From: Erysipelotrichaceae bacterium
GTDB taxonomy: Bacteria; Bacillota_I; Bacilli_A; RFN20; CAG-826
NCBI GenBank assembly: GCA_963588055.1
Contig: CAVAGB010000007.1
Span: forward strand, 7,699 to 71,698
Direction of reading: 5' to 3'
DNA length: 64,000 bases
In this document: positions 18,399-27,281 of the stretch, in pieces
Layout of the letters: the number at the start of each line of letters is the position of its first letter
Position numbering within the stretch: the first letter of the stretch is position 1
The notes under the pieces: model-generated
Seen by the model: only the letters and a program-made list of their open reading frames with translations
Database searches by the model: none
Told to the model about the DNA's origin: nothing
Made by a program: the position numbers and the translations under genes

Positions 18399-18740
18399 CT
18401 ATTTGATGTAATATCCGACGATCACGGAGCGTCTCACCGTGATTCTGAGTCTCTCTTTGGACAAGACCATGGGTGTGTAGTACTTGTAGAGGGTGAAGGT
18501 CATGGTCTCCCCCAGCGCGAAGCTCGCCGAAGCGTTGTAGGAGATATACGCGTCATGGGATTTGACTGTCTGGTACGTATTGCTCGAGATCGTTCCCTCT
18601 TTGCCAATTGCCCTAGCCACGATCAAAGCGAGCGCGTCTAAGGAAGAATGGATGGAGGATACCCCGATGATGTCGCCTCCTAGCAGCATCACCGACATCA
18701 CAAAGACGAGCGAAAGCATCAATCCGAGTTTATAGGCCAT
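18399..18740 (-). CDS. TadE-like pilus-assembly protein (N-terminal TM)
   Basis: 113 aa with an N-terminal hydrophobic helix followed by a beta-rich domain; positioned in the Tad-like operon. Confidence 0.4.
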   Translation of the reverse strand: MAYKLGLMLSLVFVMSVMLLGGDIIGVSSIHSSLDALALIVARAIGKEGTISSNTYQTVKSHDAYISYNASASFALGETMTFTLYKYYTPMVLSKERLRITVRRSVIVGYYIK

Positions 18741-19386
18741 CTAGCATCCCTCCCATGATCTCCATCAAAGCGAGCATCAGCATCAGCATCGTGAACCCCG
18801 CGCCAAGAAGGGGCAGAAAGGAAAGGTTGTCGAGCTTTTCCATGTGCTTCCTCTCCCTAAACGCTCTCTTTTGGTCCGAAAGCTTCGCGAACAGGCGCTG
18901 GAACTGGCTGAGGTAGACCCCGCTGCTCCCTTGATCCACCATTTGGTAGATCGCCAGCATCACCTCCCTGATCTCCAGCGAATTGAAATTCCCGGCGAAG
19001 GAAAGGTAAGGGAGCAGGGTCTTGTCGCGGGTTATCTGCATCAGCAGCCCCTCGAGGTGGTTCTTCACCCTCCCCTTCGCGTAAGGGAGGATCTCCTCGA
19101 AGGCGTTGTAGACGTTGAATCCGTCTTGGATGTAGATCGAGAAATAGGAGAAGAGCGTCACGAACTGCTCCTCATCCTCCTCGATCTCCTTCGTCTGCTT
19201 CCTGCTGCGGCTATTGAGAGTGAAGAAGAGCATCACCACGAAGAAGATGAGCGGGAAAAGGCACCAATACCATTGCCCCCTCCAGAGGTAAAGCACCGCC
19301 GCGACCGAGGCGCAGCAGATGAAGAGAAGGGCAAGGTAGCCGTATCCCTTCTCACCGTTTTGGGTTTTCTTTTGCTGCTGGCTCAT
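18730..19386 (-). CDS. TadC-like inner-membrane platform protein (T2SS-F-like)
   Basis: Polytopic membrane protein with a cytoplasmic helical domain; the ATG at 19386 overlaps the upstream stop (ATGA). Confidence 0.5.
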   Translation of the reverse strand: MSQQQKKTQNGEKGYGYLALLFICCASVAAVLYLWRGQWYWCLFPLIFFVVMLFFTLNSRSRKQTKEIEEDEEQFVTLFSYFSIYIQDGFNVYNAFEEILPYAKGRVKNHLEGLLMQITRDKTLLPYLSFAGNFNSLEIREVMLAIYQMVDQGSSGVYLSQFQRLFAKLSDQKRAFRERKHMEKLDNLSFLPLLGAGFTMLMLMLALMEIMGGMLDGL

Positions 19387-20096
19387 TTTTTGCTCCTTTT
19401 CTTGGTTATGGCGATCCCTTTCTCCCCAGTGTAGACCTGGCAATAGATGAGCAAGCCGGAGAGCACGATGCCGAAATAGGTCGCTAGGCAGATCATGTAG
19501 GTGGAGGAAGCTGCGAGGGTGTCGTAGAAGGAAGACAAAGCGAAGCGGAGGAAGGCCACGATCGAAAGGGACATCACCCACAAAGTCATGTATTGGAAGA
19601 GCTTTCCGCGCGAGATCTTGCTTCTGCTCTCCGCTTCTTCTTCCACCCTCGTCGCCTCCTCAAGCAAGGAGGAGGCCAGAGTCAATATGTCCCCGCCCCT
19701 TTCTTCGTAGATCGTCACGATGGAAAGGAAAACCTCGAAAAGTTGGCTCTCGAAATAGGAGGATAGTTCATGGAGCCTGCCTTCGATGTCGTTGCAGGAG
19801 CAGGCCTCCATCACCTCCTTCATCTCCCCTTCCGCCCCTTCGCAGGAGACTTCGTAGGCCTTCGAGAGGCTCGAGGTGACCGAGCAAGTCGTCACGAAGG
19901 CGTTCATAAAGCGGTAGCACTCCTTTCTGACCCTTCTTTTTCTCTGCATCGAAAGCACCTTCGGATAGGCGAAGACCAGCAGAAGGAGGAAATAGGCGAT
20001 CCCGACTATCCCGGTCATCGTCAGCTGGGCGGAAGCCAAGTAGCAGACGCCCCCGACGGCGACGGCCACGAGCAGACACACGAAGGCCCCGCTCAT
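19383..20096 (-). CDS. TadB-like inner-membrane platform protein
   Basis: 237-aa polytopic membrane protein following the ATPase gene, with overlapping start/stop. Confidence 0.5.
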   Translation of the reverse strand: MSGAFVCLLVAVAVGGVCYLASAQLTMTGIVGIAYFLLLLVFAYPKVLSMQRKRRVRKECYRFMNAFVTTCSVTSSLSKAYEVSCEGAEGEMKEVMEACSCNDIEGRLHELSSYFESQLFEVFLSIVTIYEERGGDILTLASSLLEEATRVEEEAESRSKISRGKLFQYMTLWVMSLSIVAFLRFALSSFYDTLAASSTYMICLATYFGIVLSGLLIYCQVYTGEKGIAITKKRSKK

Positions 20097-21046
20097 TCCT
20101 CGCCTTGGAAGAGGATTTCCATCTTCCCCTCCTTCAGATGCCCTATCTTCTTGATCCGCCTTCTGATCCCGTTCCCCTCTTTCTTCTTCCCGACCAAAAC
20201 GAAAGCGGAGAAGTTCTCCTCCACGTCGTGGAGCAAATCGGAATAGACCATCGCGCTGCCCCTCATCTGGGCGAGGCGCGCTAAGCGGGAAGGCATGTTC
20301 TCCAGCGAGGAGCTATGGATCGTGAGGATGACCGGATGGCCGCTCATCGCGCAGCAAAGCGCCTCCCACATCTCCTCCCCCCTTGCCTCGGCCAAGACGA
20401 TGTAATCCGGGTCGAAGCGGAGGGCCGCCTTGATGAGATTGGCTGCCGTGCCGCTTTTCCCGGAAGGGTCGATCACCCAGGTGGTGAGGTCGATCGGGGA
20501 GACGCCCCTGATGAGCTCAAGCTCCTCGACGTTGTCGATGACCAGAACGCGCGTTGCTTCCTCCAAGCGCAGCAAGAGGAATTTCTGCAGCTCCGTCTTC
20601 CCGCTTCCCGTCTCCCCGCCGATCACGATGCTTTGCCTTTCCTTCAAAAGGGAAAGCAGGATCTCCTTGCTGTTGCCTGGGAAGAAGGAATCGTCCTGGT
20701 CGAGGATCGTCCCTTTCCTCTCCACGCGGAGGGAGAAGGAATAGGATTTGGAGTCTTTTACCCTCGTAAGGGACATGAATGCCGCCGAAAGCCTGTATTT
20801 CCCGAAGCTCACGTCCAAGATGGGGTTGAGGTAGGAGAATTGCCTCTCCGAGATATTCGCGATCTGGCGCAGGAAAGCCCCGACGTCCTCCGGGGTGGCT
20901 TTGATGTTCTCCTTCCTCCTGCCCAGATGGACGGATTCGGAGAAGAACTCCTCGCCGTTGTAGGAAAGGTCGTTGATGCCTTCGATCAGCAAGGCCTCGC
21001 GGAGGAAGGAATTCTCAACGTAATGGCAAAGGGGGTTCTCGCTCAT
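20093..21046 (-). CDS. CpaF/TadA/VirB11-family secretion ATPase
   Basis: Walker A IGGETGSGKTE, an Asp box, Walker B VLVIDN...E and the His box LTIHSSS. Confidence 0.75.
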   Translation of the reverse strand: MSENPLCHYVENSFLREALLIEGINDLSYNGEEFFSESVHLGRRKENIKATPEDVGAFLRQIANISERQFSYLNPILDVSFGKYRLSAAFMSLTRVKDSKSYSFSLRVERKGTILDQDDSFFPGNSKEILLSLLKERQSIVIGGETGSGKTELQKFLLLRLEEATRVLVIDNVEELELIRGVSPIDLTTWVIDPSGKSGTAANLIKAALRFDPDYIVLAEARGEEMWEALCCAMSGHPVILTIHSSSLENMPSRLARLAQMRGSAMVYSDLLHDVEENFSAFVLVGKKKEGNGIRRRIKKIGHLKEGKMEILFQGEE

Positions 21047-21429
21047 TCGCTATCCTCCACCAAGGTGAAATAGGCCGTCTTGTCCAACAGAGTCTTGTTC
21101 ATCAGATAGCACTTGAGGCTGATGGCCACCCCCATCGGGGCCTCGCCTTCGTCTCCGCGGAACTCATAGCCCCGTACGTCGTAGATGTAGTTGCAGGTGT
21201 TGGCGAGCCTCTGATTCAAGTAGGATTTCGTGAAAGCATCGACTTTGCTGAGCGAGAAATAAGGGGCCGTCGCCTCGCCTTGGGCATCGATGTTGATCAC
21301 GAAGAGCTCCATCTCGTAGGTGAAAAGGCCGTAAAAAGTCCGGTAAGCCCCCATGAAGCCGTAGCTGAAGCGGAAGGAGACGAAGCTGAAGGCGAGGAAA
21401 AGCATCGCCACAAGCATATTGCCCATCAT
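21043..21429 (-). CDS. Pilus-assembly-associated protein with an N-terminal TM helix
   Basis: Start at the ATG at 21429 behind a GGGAGGAGA SD; the longer track ORF is a junk extension; hydrophobic N-terminus. Confidence 0.4.
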   Translation of the reverse strand: MMGNMLVAMLFLAFSFVSFRFSYGFMGAYRTFYGLFTYEMELFVINIDAQGEATAPYFSLSKVDAFTKSYLNQRLANTCNYIYDVRGYEFRGDEGEAPMGVAISLKCYLMNKTLLDKTAYFTLVEDSE

Positions 21430-22406
21430 TTCTCCTCCCAAACGATGGAATAGCCGCCTAGAGGCGCCTTCCCATCGTGATAAGCCTCTTTCCAAAACTC
21501 CACGGTCTCCTTCGCCGGCCCCAGGTTGCGGAGGATGATCTTCACATGCAGAGGCCTCTCTTCCGTCGCCCAATAAGGCAAGATGAGGTCGTTGGTCCTC
21601 GGATAGCCGCCGCTTAAAGGCATCATCTCGCCCGTCTCCTGCGAGAAGCTATAGGTGTTGAGGAGCCTCAGTTTGTAATAGCCTTCATCCAATGTGTAAG
21701 TGAGGGGGAAATAGGCATACTGCGTCCCCATCAACCCAGCGACGTCCTTCCAATACTTCGGTTGAGTGTAGACCCGCAGCTCGCCGAGGTTGTAATTCAC
21801 CACGTTGTATTTCGAAGGGATGTTCCCGTAGGTGAAGCGGATGTTCTCCAAGCCAAGGCGGCGCGAATTGCTCGTCCTTTTCTTCTCGATGCCGAAGAAT
21901 TTGTAATAGGAGTTGAACCTGATGTCGACGCTTGGGTAATAAAGGCTTGGGATGGAACGGTAGCTATTTTCCCCGGTGAAGGTGTATGAAAGACCTGCCT
22001 CCCTTGGCATCTGGCTCAGATTGCGGAAAGAATAGCAGACGTAGGAGCCGTCATCGAAGGTGCGCTCGCACCTGACATTGAATCCCAGAGTGACGTACTT
22101 CTTCAAAACGCTACCAGGGATCGTCGTGTACACCTTGTAGTTGCCGTTAGGGACCTTGTAGAAGCTTTTCTTCGTCGAGAAGACCTCCTTGCGATTCTCG
22201 CTGACGGTGAAGACGAAGTCGAAGATGTTCCTCAAATTGCCTCCATTGTGCTTGATGGTGAAAACCAAGCTCTGATTCCTGCCCGCTATCAGAGGCGTGC
22301 CATCAACTTCGGAGACGTAGATGCTGCCTATGGTGATCGTGGCGGAGCCTAACGACAAAGGGGCGAGCCCAAGCAAGAGGAGCATGCCTTTGTGGCGCCG
22401 CTTCAT
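21426..22406 (-). CDS. Secreted beta-rich protein (signal peptide)
   Basis: Start MKRRHKGMLLLLGLAPLSLGSA behind an AAGGAGG SD; Tyr/Asn/Ser-rich mature region. Confidence 0.5.
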   Translation of the reverse strand: MKRRHKGMLLLLGLAPLSLGSATITIGSIYVSEVDGTPLIAGRNQSLVFTIKHNGGNLRNIFDFVFTVSENRKEVFSTKKSFYKVPNGNYKVYTTIPGSVLKKYVTLGFNVRCERTFDDGSYVCYSFRNLSQMPREAGLSYTFTGENSYRSIPSLYYPSVDIRFNSYYKFFGIEKKRTSNSRRLGLENIRFTYGNIPSKYNVVNYNLGELRVYTQPKYWKDVAGLMGTQYAYFPLTYTLDEGYYKLRLLNTYSFSQETGEMMPLSGGYPRTNDLILPYWATEERPLHVKIILRNLGPAKETVEFWKEAYHDGKAPLGGYSIVWEEK

Positions 22407-22756
22407 AGGAAAGCCTCCTTGAAGGCGGCGATGACGCTTTTCCTCTCCTTCCGATAAAGGGGAGGGGACATCCATCCGTAATACCAGAAAGGATAGATGC
22501 GCCCCACCTCAAGGCATTCGGAGAGGAAGATCCTCTTCCAAAGCGCGGGAAGGCCGTCGTAGAACCTCTTCAGCTTCCTTAGATATATAGAGGCTTTAGA
22601 GCGGTGCCTCTCCAAGAAGCCTTCGTCCAGGTCGTAGACGTGGCAGTCCGGGCTTTTGCCCACCTCGATGAGGCATTTCCTCATCGTGCGTTTGAGCTTA
22701 GCGCAGTCTGGGTCCTCCTTGAAGAGCCCTGAGATGGAGTAGTCGTAAGGTTTCAT
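22403..22756 (-). CDS. Hypothetical protein, first gene of the Tad-like operon
   Basis: 117-aa ORF; stop overlaps the next start (ATGA). Confidence 0.4.
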   Translation of the reverse strand: MKPYDYSISGLFKEDPDCAKLKRTMRKCLIEVGKSPDCHVYDLDEGFLERHRSKASIYLRKLKRFYDGLPALWKRIFLSECLEVGRIYPFWYYGWMSPPLYRKERKSVIAAFKEAFL

Positions 22757-22842
22757 GATTTTGCCCCCTCACCCTTTAATAAAAGGGAATTTGGCTTTTT
22801 TCCTAAAGGAATTTCATTTCCGCTCGTTTTATAATGGGGCCG

Positions 22843-23385
22843 ATGATTATTTTGGTTGGGGCTTCGGCCTCTGGGAAAACGGAAGTCGCGAAGTGCCTCG
22901 CGTCGAATTACGGCATCAAGAAAGCCATCACCCACACCTCCAGGGAAAAGAGGGAAGGTGAGAAGGACGGAGTGGATTATTTCTTCGTCCCCGAGGCGAT
23001 TTTCCTGCAGATGAAGTCACGCTACTGCTTCGTCGAGACGACCTATTACAACAACCATTACTACGGCTGCTCGAAAGACCAGGTCTCCGACGATAGATGC
23101 GTCGTGGTCGACCCCAATGGGCTGAAGGCCTTCAAAGCGCTGAAAAGCAAAAGGGTCATCTCCTTCTTGCTGAGGGCGGATGAGGAGACGCGCATCGCCA
23201 GGATGAAGGGCAGAGGGGATAAGGAAGAGGACATCGCTAAGCGCATCGAAAACGACAAAGAGGCCTTCGCCTTGTCCAACGTCCCTCAGGCGGATTTCAT
23301 CATCGACACGGACAGCCGCCCGGTCGAAGCCATCGCCAAGCAGATCTACGCCTTATACAAAGCCGAGCTAAACAAGCTCAGCTGA
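22843..23385 (+). CDS. gmk: Guanylate kinase
   Basis: P-loop GASASGKTE plus THTSR...GE.DGVDYFFV; a TATAAT box at 22829-22834 abuts the first ATG (22834), so the second ATG at 22843 is chosen as the start, possibly leaderless. Confidence 0.75.
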   Translation: MIILVGASASGKTEVAKCLASNYGIKKAITHTSREKREGEKDGVDYFFVPEAIFLQMKSRYCFVETTYYNNHYYGCSKDQVSDDRCVVVDPNGLKAFKALKSKRVISFLLRADEETRIARMKGRGDKEEDIAKRIENDKEAFALSNVPQADFIIDTDSRPVEAIAKQIYALYKAELNKLS

Positions 23386-24673
23386 GCTTCCTTCTAGGAT
23401 GATAGGTGACCTCCGCCTGCACAACCGTGTAGGGGGAGGCTTTTTTGACCCGCACGGTCAAGGGGCCGAACTCGAAATGGTCGCCCTCCTCGCCGAATTT
23501 GCCAAGTTGGTCGTTTATCCACCCGGAGACGGTCTCGTAATCCTCGTCCAGCTTTTCCTTGTCGAGGTGGAACTTCTGAAAGAACTCCTCGATGTCCATG
23601 TTGCCCCTGACGAGATAGACGTTCCTCTTGGCCGTCTTCTCGATGTCTAGGACCACCACTTCGCCCTCGTCGTAGATCTCCCCGACGAGTTCCTCGAGGA
23701 TGTCCTCCATCGTGAGCAAGCCTTCCGTTCCGCCGTATTCGTCCTTCACGATCGCGAGGTGGATGTGGCTTTTCTTCATCATGCCTAAAATCGCGGAGAT
23801 CTCCATCGTGCGCGGAACATCCAAAGCCGGGCGGAGGAGCTCAGCGATGGAAAGATCATCGTCGGAAAGCATCGCCCTCAGCAAGGATTTGACGGGGATG
23901 TAGCCGACGATGTGGTCGTAGTCGTGCTTATAGACGGGGATGCGGGAATGGCGGAAGGCGCCTTCTTGCTTGACGTAGCGGTTGAGGTTCTCCTCATAGG
24001 CGATGCCTTCGATCTTCATGCGCGGGGTCATGATCTCGTAGGCGGAGGTGTCTTTGAACTCGATGGAGTTGGTGAGCAGCTCCGTCGACTTGGAGTCGAT
24101 AATCCCCTCGCGATTGATCGCCAGGACCATCTCCTGAAGCTCCTCATCGCTGGGGGCGTCCTCCTCTTTCTCCGCGTTCGCCTCCAATACGGGGCGAGTC
24201 AAGGCGGAGGCGATTTTCTTGGCGACGAAGACGACGGGGTAGAAAGCGAAGCGCAGGACGACGAGAGGATAGGCGAATAGAAGCGTCAAAGGCTTCGAGT
24301 AGGTCCTGCCGATGATTTTGGGCAGGATCTCGCCGAAAGTCAGAATGAGGAGGAGCATGATCGCCGAAACCACGAAGGAGACGATCTGCCCATCCCAGGA
24401 ATTGAGCGAGGCAAGCTGCGCGGCCAGGAGCGTGCCTAAAGAAGAGGCGAGGATGTTCACCACCGAGTTCCCAAACAGCGGGGCGATGATCGTTTCCTCA
24501 TAATTCGAGGCGAAATAATAGGCTTTTGCGGCCCTTTTGGATTTTTTAGAGCTTTCCTTAAGGCTAGGCAAAGAAGCGCAGGAATAAGCCATGTCCATGC
24601 AGGAGAACATCGCGCTGAAGCAAAGCAGAACGAAGATCAGGCAGCAATAGATAACAATCAAAGCCTGGCTCAT
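23378..24673 (-). CDS. HlyC/CorC (CNNM) family transporter: DUF21, two CBS domains and a CorC_HlyC domain
   Basis: 431 aa with four N-terminal TMs, a CBS pair, and the C-terminal transporter-associated domain. Confidence 0.8.
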   Translation of the reverse strand: MSQALIVIYCCLIFVLLCFSAMFSCMDMAYSCASLPSLKESSKKSKRAAKAYYFASNYEETIIAPLFGNSVVNILASSLGTLLAAQLASLNSWDGQIVSFVVSAIMLLLILTFGEILPKIIGRTYSKPLTLLFAYPLVVLRFAFYPVVFVAKKIASALTRPVLEANAEKEEDAPSDEELQEMVLAINREGIIDSKSTELLTNSIEFKDTSAYEIMTPRMKIEGIAYEENLNRYVKQEGAFRHSRIPVYKHDYDHIVGYIPVKSLLRAMLSDDDLSIAELLRPALDVPRTMEISAILGMMKKSHIHLAIVKDEYGGTEGLLTMEDILEELVGEIYDEGEVVVLDIEKTAKRNVYLVRGNMDIEEFFQKFHLDKEKLDEDYETVSGWINDQLGKFGEEGDHFEFGPLTVRVKKASPYTVVQAEVTYHPRRKLS

Positions 24674-25677
24674 GCTTGCTCCTTTCTGGGTTCGGCTATC
24701 TTGCCCACGAGCTCCTCAAGGCAATCCTCCATCGTGACCATGCCCAAAACGTCCTCGCCTTTCTTGACGATGGCTATTTGGGTCTTCCTATCGCGGAAGC
24801 CCGCCACGAGGTCGTCTATCTTGACCGAAGGCGAGACGAAGTATGGTTTCTCTAGCAACGAGACGCAATTGACCTTCGGGTTTTTGAAGTAGGCGCTCAA
24901 GAAGCGCTTCACCACCAGAACCCCGACGATCTTGTTCTTGTCCTTGACGTAGCAAGGAAGGCGAGAGAACTCCGTCTTCTTGATGATCTCGATGAGCTTC
25001 TCGTTGGTTAGCCCTTGCAGGTCCACCATCACCATCCTGTTTTTGGAGGTGAGGACCTCTTTGACGGAGGTGTCGTCGAAATCAAGGGATGCCTGGATGA
25101 TATCGGACTCATTGGCTTCAAGCTCGCCCTGGTCCTCCGCTTCCTCAACCGCCGAGGCGAAATCGGCTTCGGTGAGCTCAGGCGTCGGCTTGGCGCGGAA
25201 GACCTTCTTCGCCAAGAATGAGACGAAGCGGAAGAAAAGCCCCAAGGGGTAGAAGAGGATGAAGAAGAAAGTCAAAGGGTAGACCGTGATCTTCACGACC
25301 GTGTTGGGCGCCCCTTTGCCGATGTACTTCGGGATGGTGTCCCCAAAAAGGAAGGTGCAGAAGCCCATGACGATGGAGACGACGAGGGAGGAGACGTTCT
25401 CGTTCCAGCTTGGGAGCCACTTCAAAAAGAGGGTGGTCGAAAGGACTGAGATGGCGATGGAGCCGACGTTGTTGCCGATGAGGACGGTGACGAGGGTCGA
25501 ATCGAAATGGCTGTAAAGCCAGACGATGAGCTTGGCCATCTTCGACCCCTCATCCGCCTTCACTTTGAAGCGATAGCGGTTGAGCGAGGCGAAAGCGGTC
25601 TCCGTCATGGAGAAAAAGGCGATGAAGACGAAGGCGAAAAGAAGCAACGCGAGGAACACCCAATCAAGAGGATCCAT
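24670..25677 (-). CDS. CNNM-like DUF21-CBS membrane protein (paralog, no CorC_HlyC domain)
   Basis: Same N-terminal architecture as the downstream gene; ATGA overlap. Confidence 0.75.
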   Translation of the reverse strand: MDPLDWVFLALLLFAFVFIAFFSMTETAFASLNRYRFKVKADEGSKMAKLIVWLYSHFDSTLVTVLIGNNVGSIAISVLSTTLFLKWLPSWNENVSSLVVSIVMGFCTFLFGDTIPKYIGKGAPNTVVKITVYPLTFFFILFYPLGLFFRFVSFLAKKVFRAKPTPELTEADFASAVEEAEDQGELEANESDIIQASLDFDDTSVKEVLTSKNRMVMVDLQGLTNEKLIEIIKKTEFSRLPCYVKDKNKIVGVLVVKRFLSAYFKNPKVNCVSLLEKPYFVSPSVKIDDLVAGFRDRKTQIAIVKKGEDVLGMVTMEDCLEELVGKIAEPRKEQA

Positions 25678-25787
25678 AAAGGCGATGCATCACTTCCTTT
25701 CTCAATGCGCGATATCTTAGCACAAAAGCGCCTTTTCTCAAAATGGGCGCAAAAAAGCCCGTTGCGGCGGGGCAACGGGCTTTGGAA

Positions 25788-27281
25788 TCAATCCTCATCG
25801 GAATCCGAGACTTCGGATCCGTTGACGATGTCGGCGATCCAGTCGTGCTTGACGACCTCGCCTTGGGTCAGGCCGTTCTTGCTCATGACGTCGGCGATGA
25901 GCTGCTTCGCGCGGCGCATGGAGAGATCGCTCTTGACCTTGAAGACGAGCGGGATGTCCTTATAGGTGCCTTTGTGGCCGGCATCTTGGATCGGGAGGGT
26001 GGAATTGGCGTAGTCCTTCGGGTCGAGGGCCATGTAGAGCTTCAATCCTTTGCCCGCGATGCACATCTTGATGAAGGTGACCTTATGGAGGCGGAAGGTG
26101 TCGCCGGAATTGGAGACGCGGCTCTTCACGCCGTAGCTCATGATCTCGCTCTTTAGCTCGTTATAGCGATTCTTGAGGTCGTCATCGAGATCGGCCATCC
26201 TGGTCTGGAAGGGGATGCGGACGATCTTCTCATGGGGAGGGAGGCTCGGGTTCACCTGGCCAACGGCCCTTTTGCCATCGCCGTCCTCATCCTCGTCTTC
26301 GGAAGGGACGACCACAGCAACGGGCGCGGGCTCCTCTTTGACGGGAGCAGGCTCAGGCTTAGGCTCTTCCTTCTTAGGCGCGGGGGCAGGAGCGGGTTCA
26401 ATGGCTTTGGGTTCTTCCACGACGGGCTCGGGCTTCTTCTCCGGAGCAACAGGGGCGCTATCTTTGCGCTCAAGCGGCTCGCGGACGATGATGGTGACCG
26501 GGGCGGCGGGCTTATCGGAGGTCGTTTTGACGTTCTTCAGCTCGTCGGCGATGATCTGGCGGATATCCTCGGCGGAAAGCGGCGCGGGGGCAGGAGCGGG
26601 AGCGGGCTTAGGCTCTTCCTCTTTCTTGCGGGCGAGCTCTTCGGCGATGATCTGGCGGATCTGGTCGGCGGTCAAGGTGTTCTTCCTTTCCTCTTCCGCG
26701 GCCTTGCGTGCAGCCTCCTCTTCGGCGGCTTTGCGCGCGGCTTCCTCTTCCGCCGCTTTACGGGCGGCCTCGGCGGCTTCGGCGCGGGCGGCCTCGAGTT
26801 CCCTCTGATGGCGGGCCTCGAGCTCCTTGCGCTCATTCTCCTCGGCTATCCTTTTCTCTTCGCTGGCTCTGCGGGCGGCCTCTTTCTCATCGGCGGCCTT
26901 CTTGTCGGCGGCGAGTTCCTCGCGGATGATGGCGCGGATGTCGTCGGCGGAGAGCTCCGGCTCGGGGACGGGCTCGATGACGATGTCGTCGTCGATCTTG
27001 CCTTCCTCAGGCTCCTCGGGCAGATAGGACTTCAATTCGTCGGAGATGATGGCGCGGATGTCGTCGGCGGTGAGGGCGGGGGCTTTCTCTTCGTGCTTCT
27101 CCTCTTCGGCGGCCGGCGCGGGGACGGTCACGATGAGAGGTTGAGCGGAGGCTTCCTTCTTCTGGGAGTCGAGCTCCTCCTTGATGATCTTGCGGATGTC
27201 CTCCGCTTTGAGGCTCTTCTCGCCGGTCACGTTCTCCTTGATCTCGGAGAGGGGGACGGAAGAGGAACGCTTGTCCGCCAT
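25788..27281 (-). CDS. Repeat protein: about six (A/S)(E/D)DIRxIIxEEL repeats, an Ala/Glu/Arg-rich coiled segment, a Pro-rich linker and a C-terminal ~170-aa globular domain
   Basis: Direct reading of the translation; probably the C-terminal portion of the upstream membrane gene (see findings). Confidence 0.55.
   Translation of the reverse strand: MADKRSSSVPLSEIKENVTGEKSLKAEDIRKIIKEELDSQKKEASAQPLIVTVPAPAAEEEKHEEKAPALTADDIRAIISDELKSYLPEEPEEGKIDDDIVIEPVPEPELSADDIRAIIREELAADKKAADEKEAARRASEEKRIAEENERKELEARHQRELEAARAEAAEAARKAAEEEAARKAAEEEAARKAAEEERKNTLTADQIRQIIAEELARKKEEEPKPAPAPAPAPLSAEDIRQIIADELKNVKTTSDKPAAPVTIIVREPLERKDSAPVAPEKKPEPVVEEPKAIEPAPAPAPKKEEPKPEPAPVKEEPAPVAVVVPSEDEDEDGDGKRAVGQVNPSLPPHEKIVRIPFQTRMADLDDDLKNRYNELKSEIMSYGVKSRVSNSGDTFRLHKVTFIKMCIAGKGLKLYMALDPKDYANSTLPIQDAGHKGTYKDIPLVFKVKSDLSMRRAKQLIADVMSKNGLTQGEVVKHDWIADIVNGSEVSDSDED
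26695..26790. repeat. Imperfect in-frame tandem DNA repeats (~30-33 nt) encoding (AAEEEAARKAA)n
   Basis: Visible repetition of gcggcttcctcttccgccgc / gcggcctcctcttcggcggc units. Confidence 0.6.
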
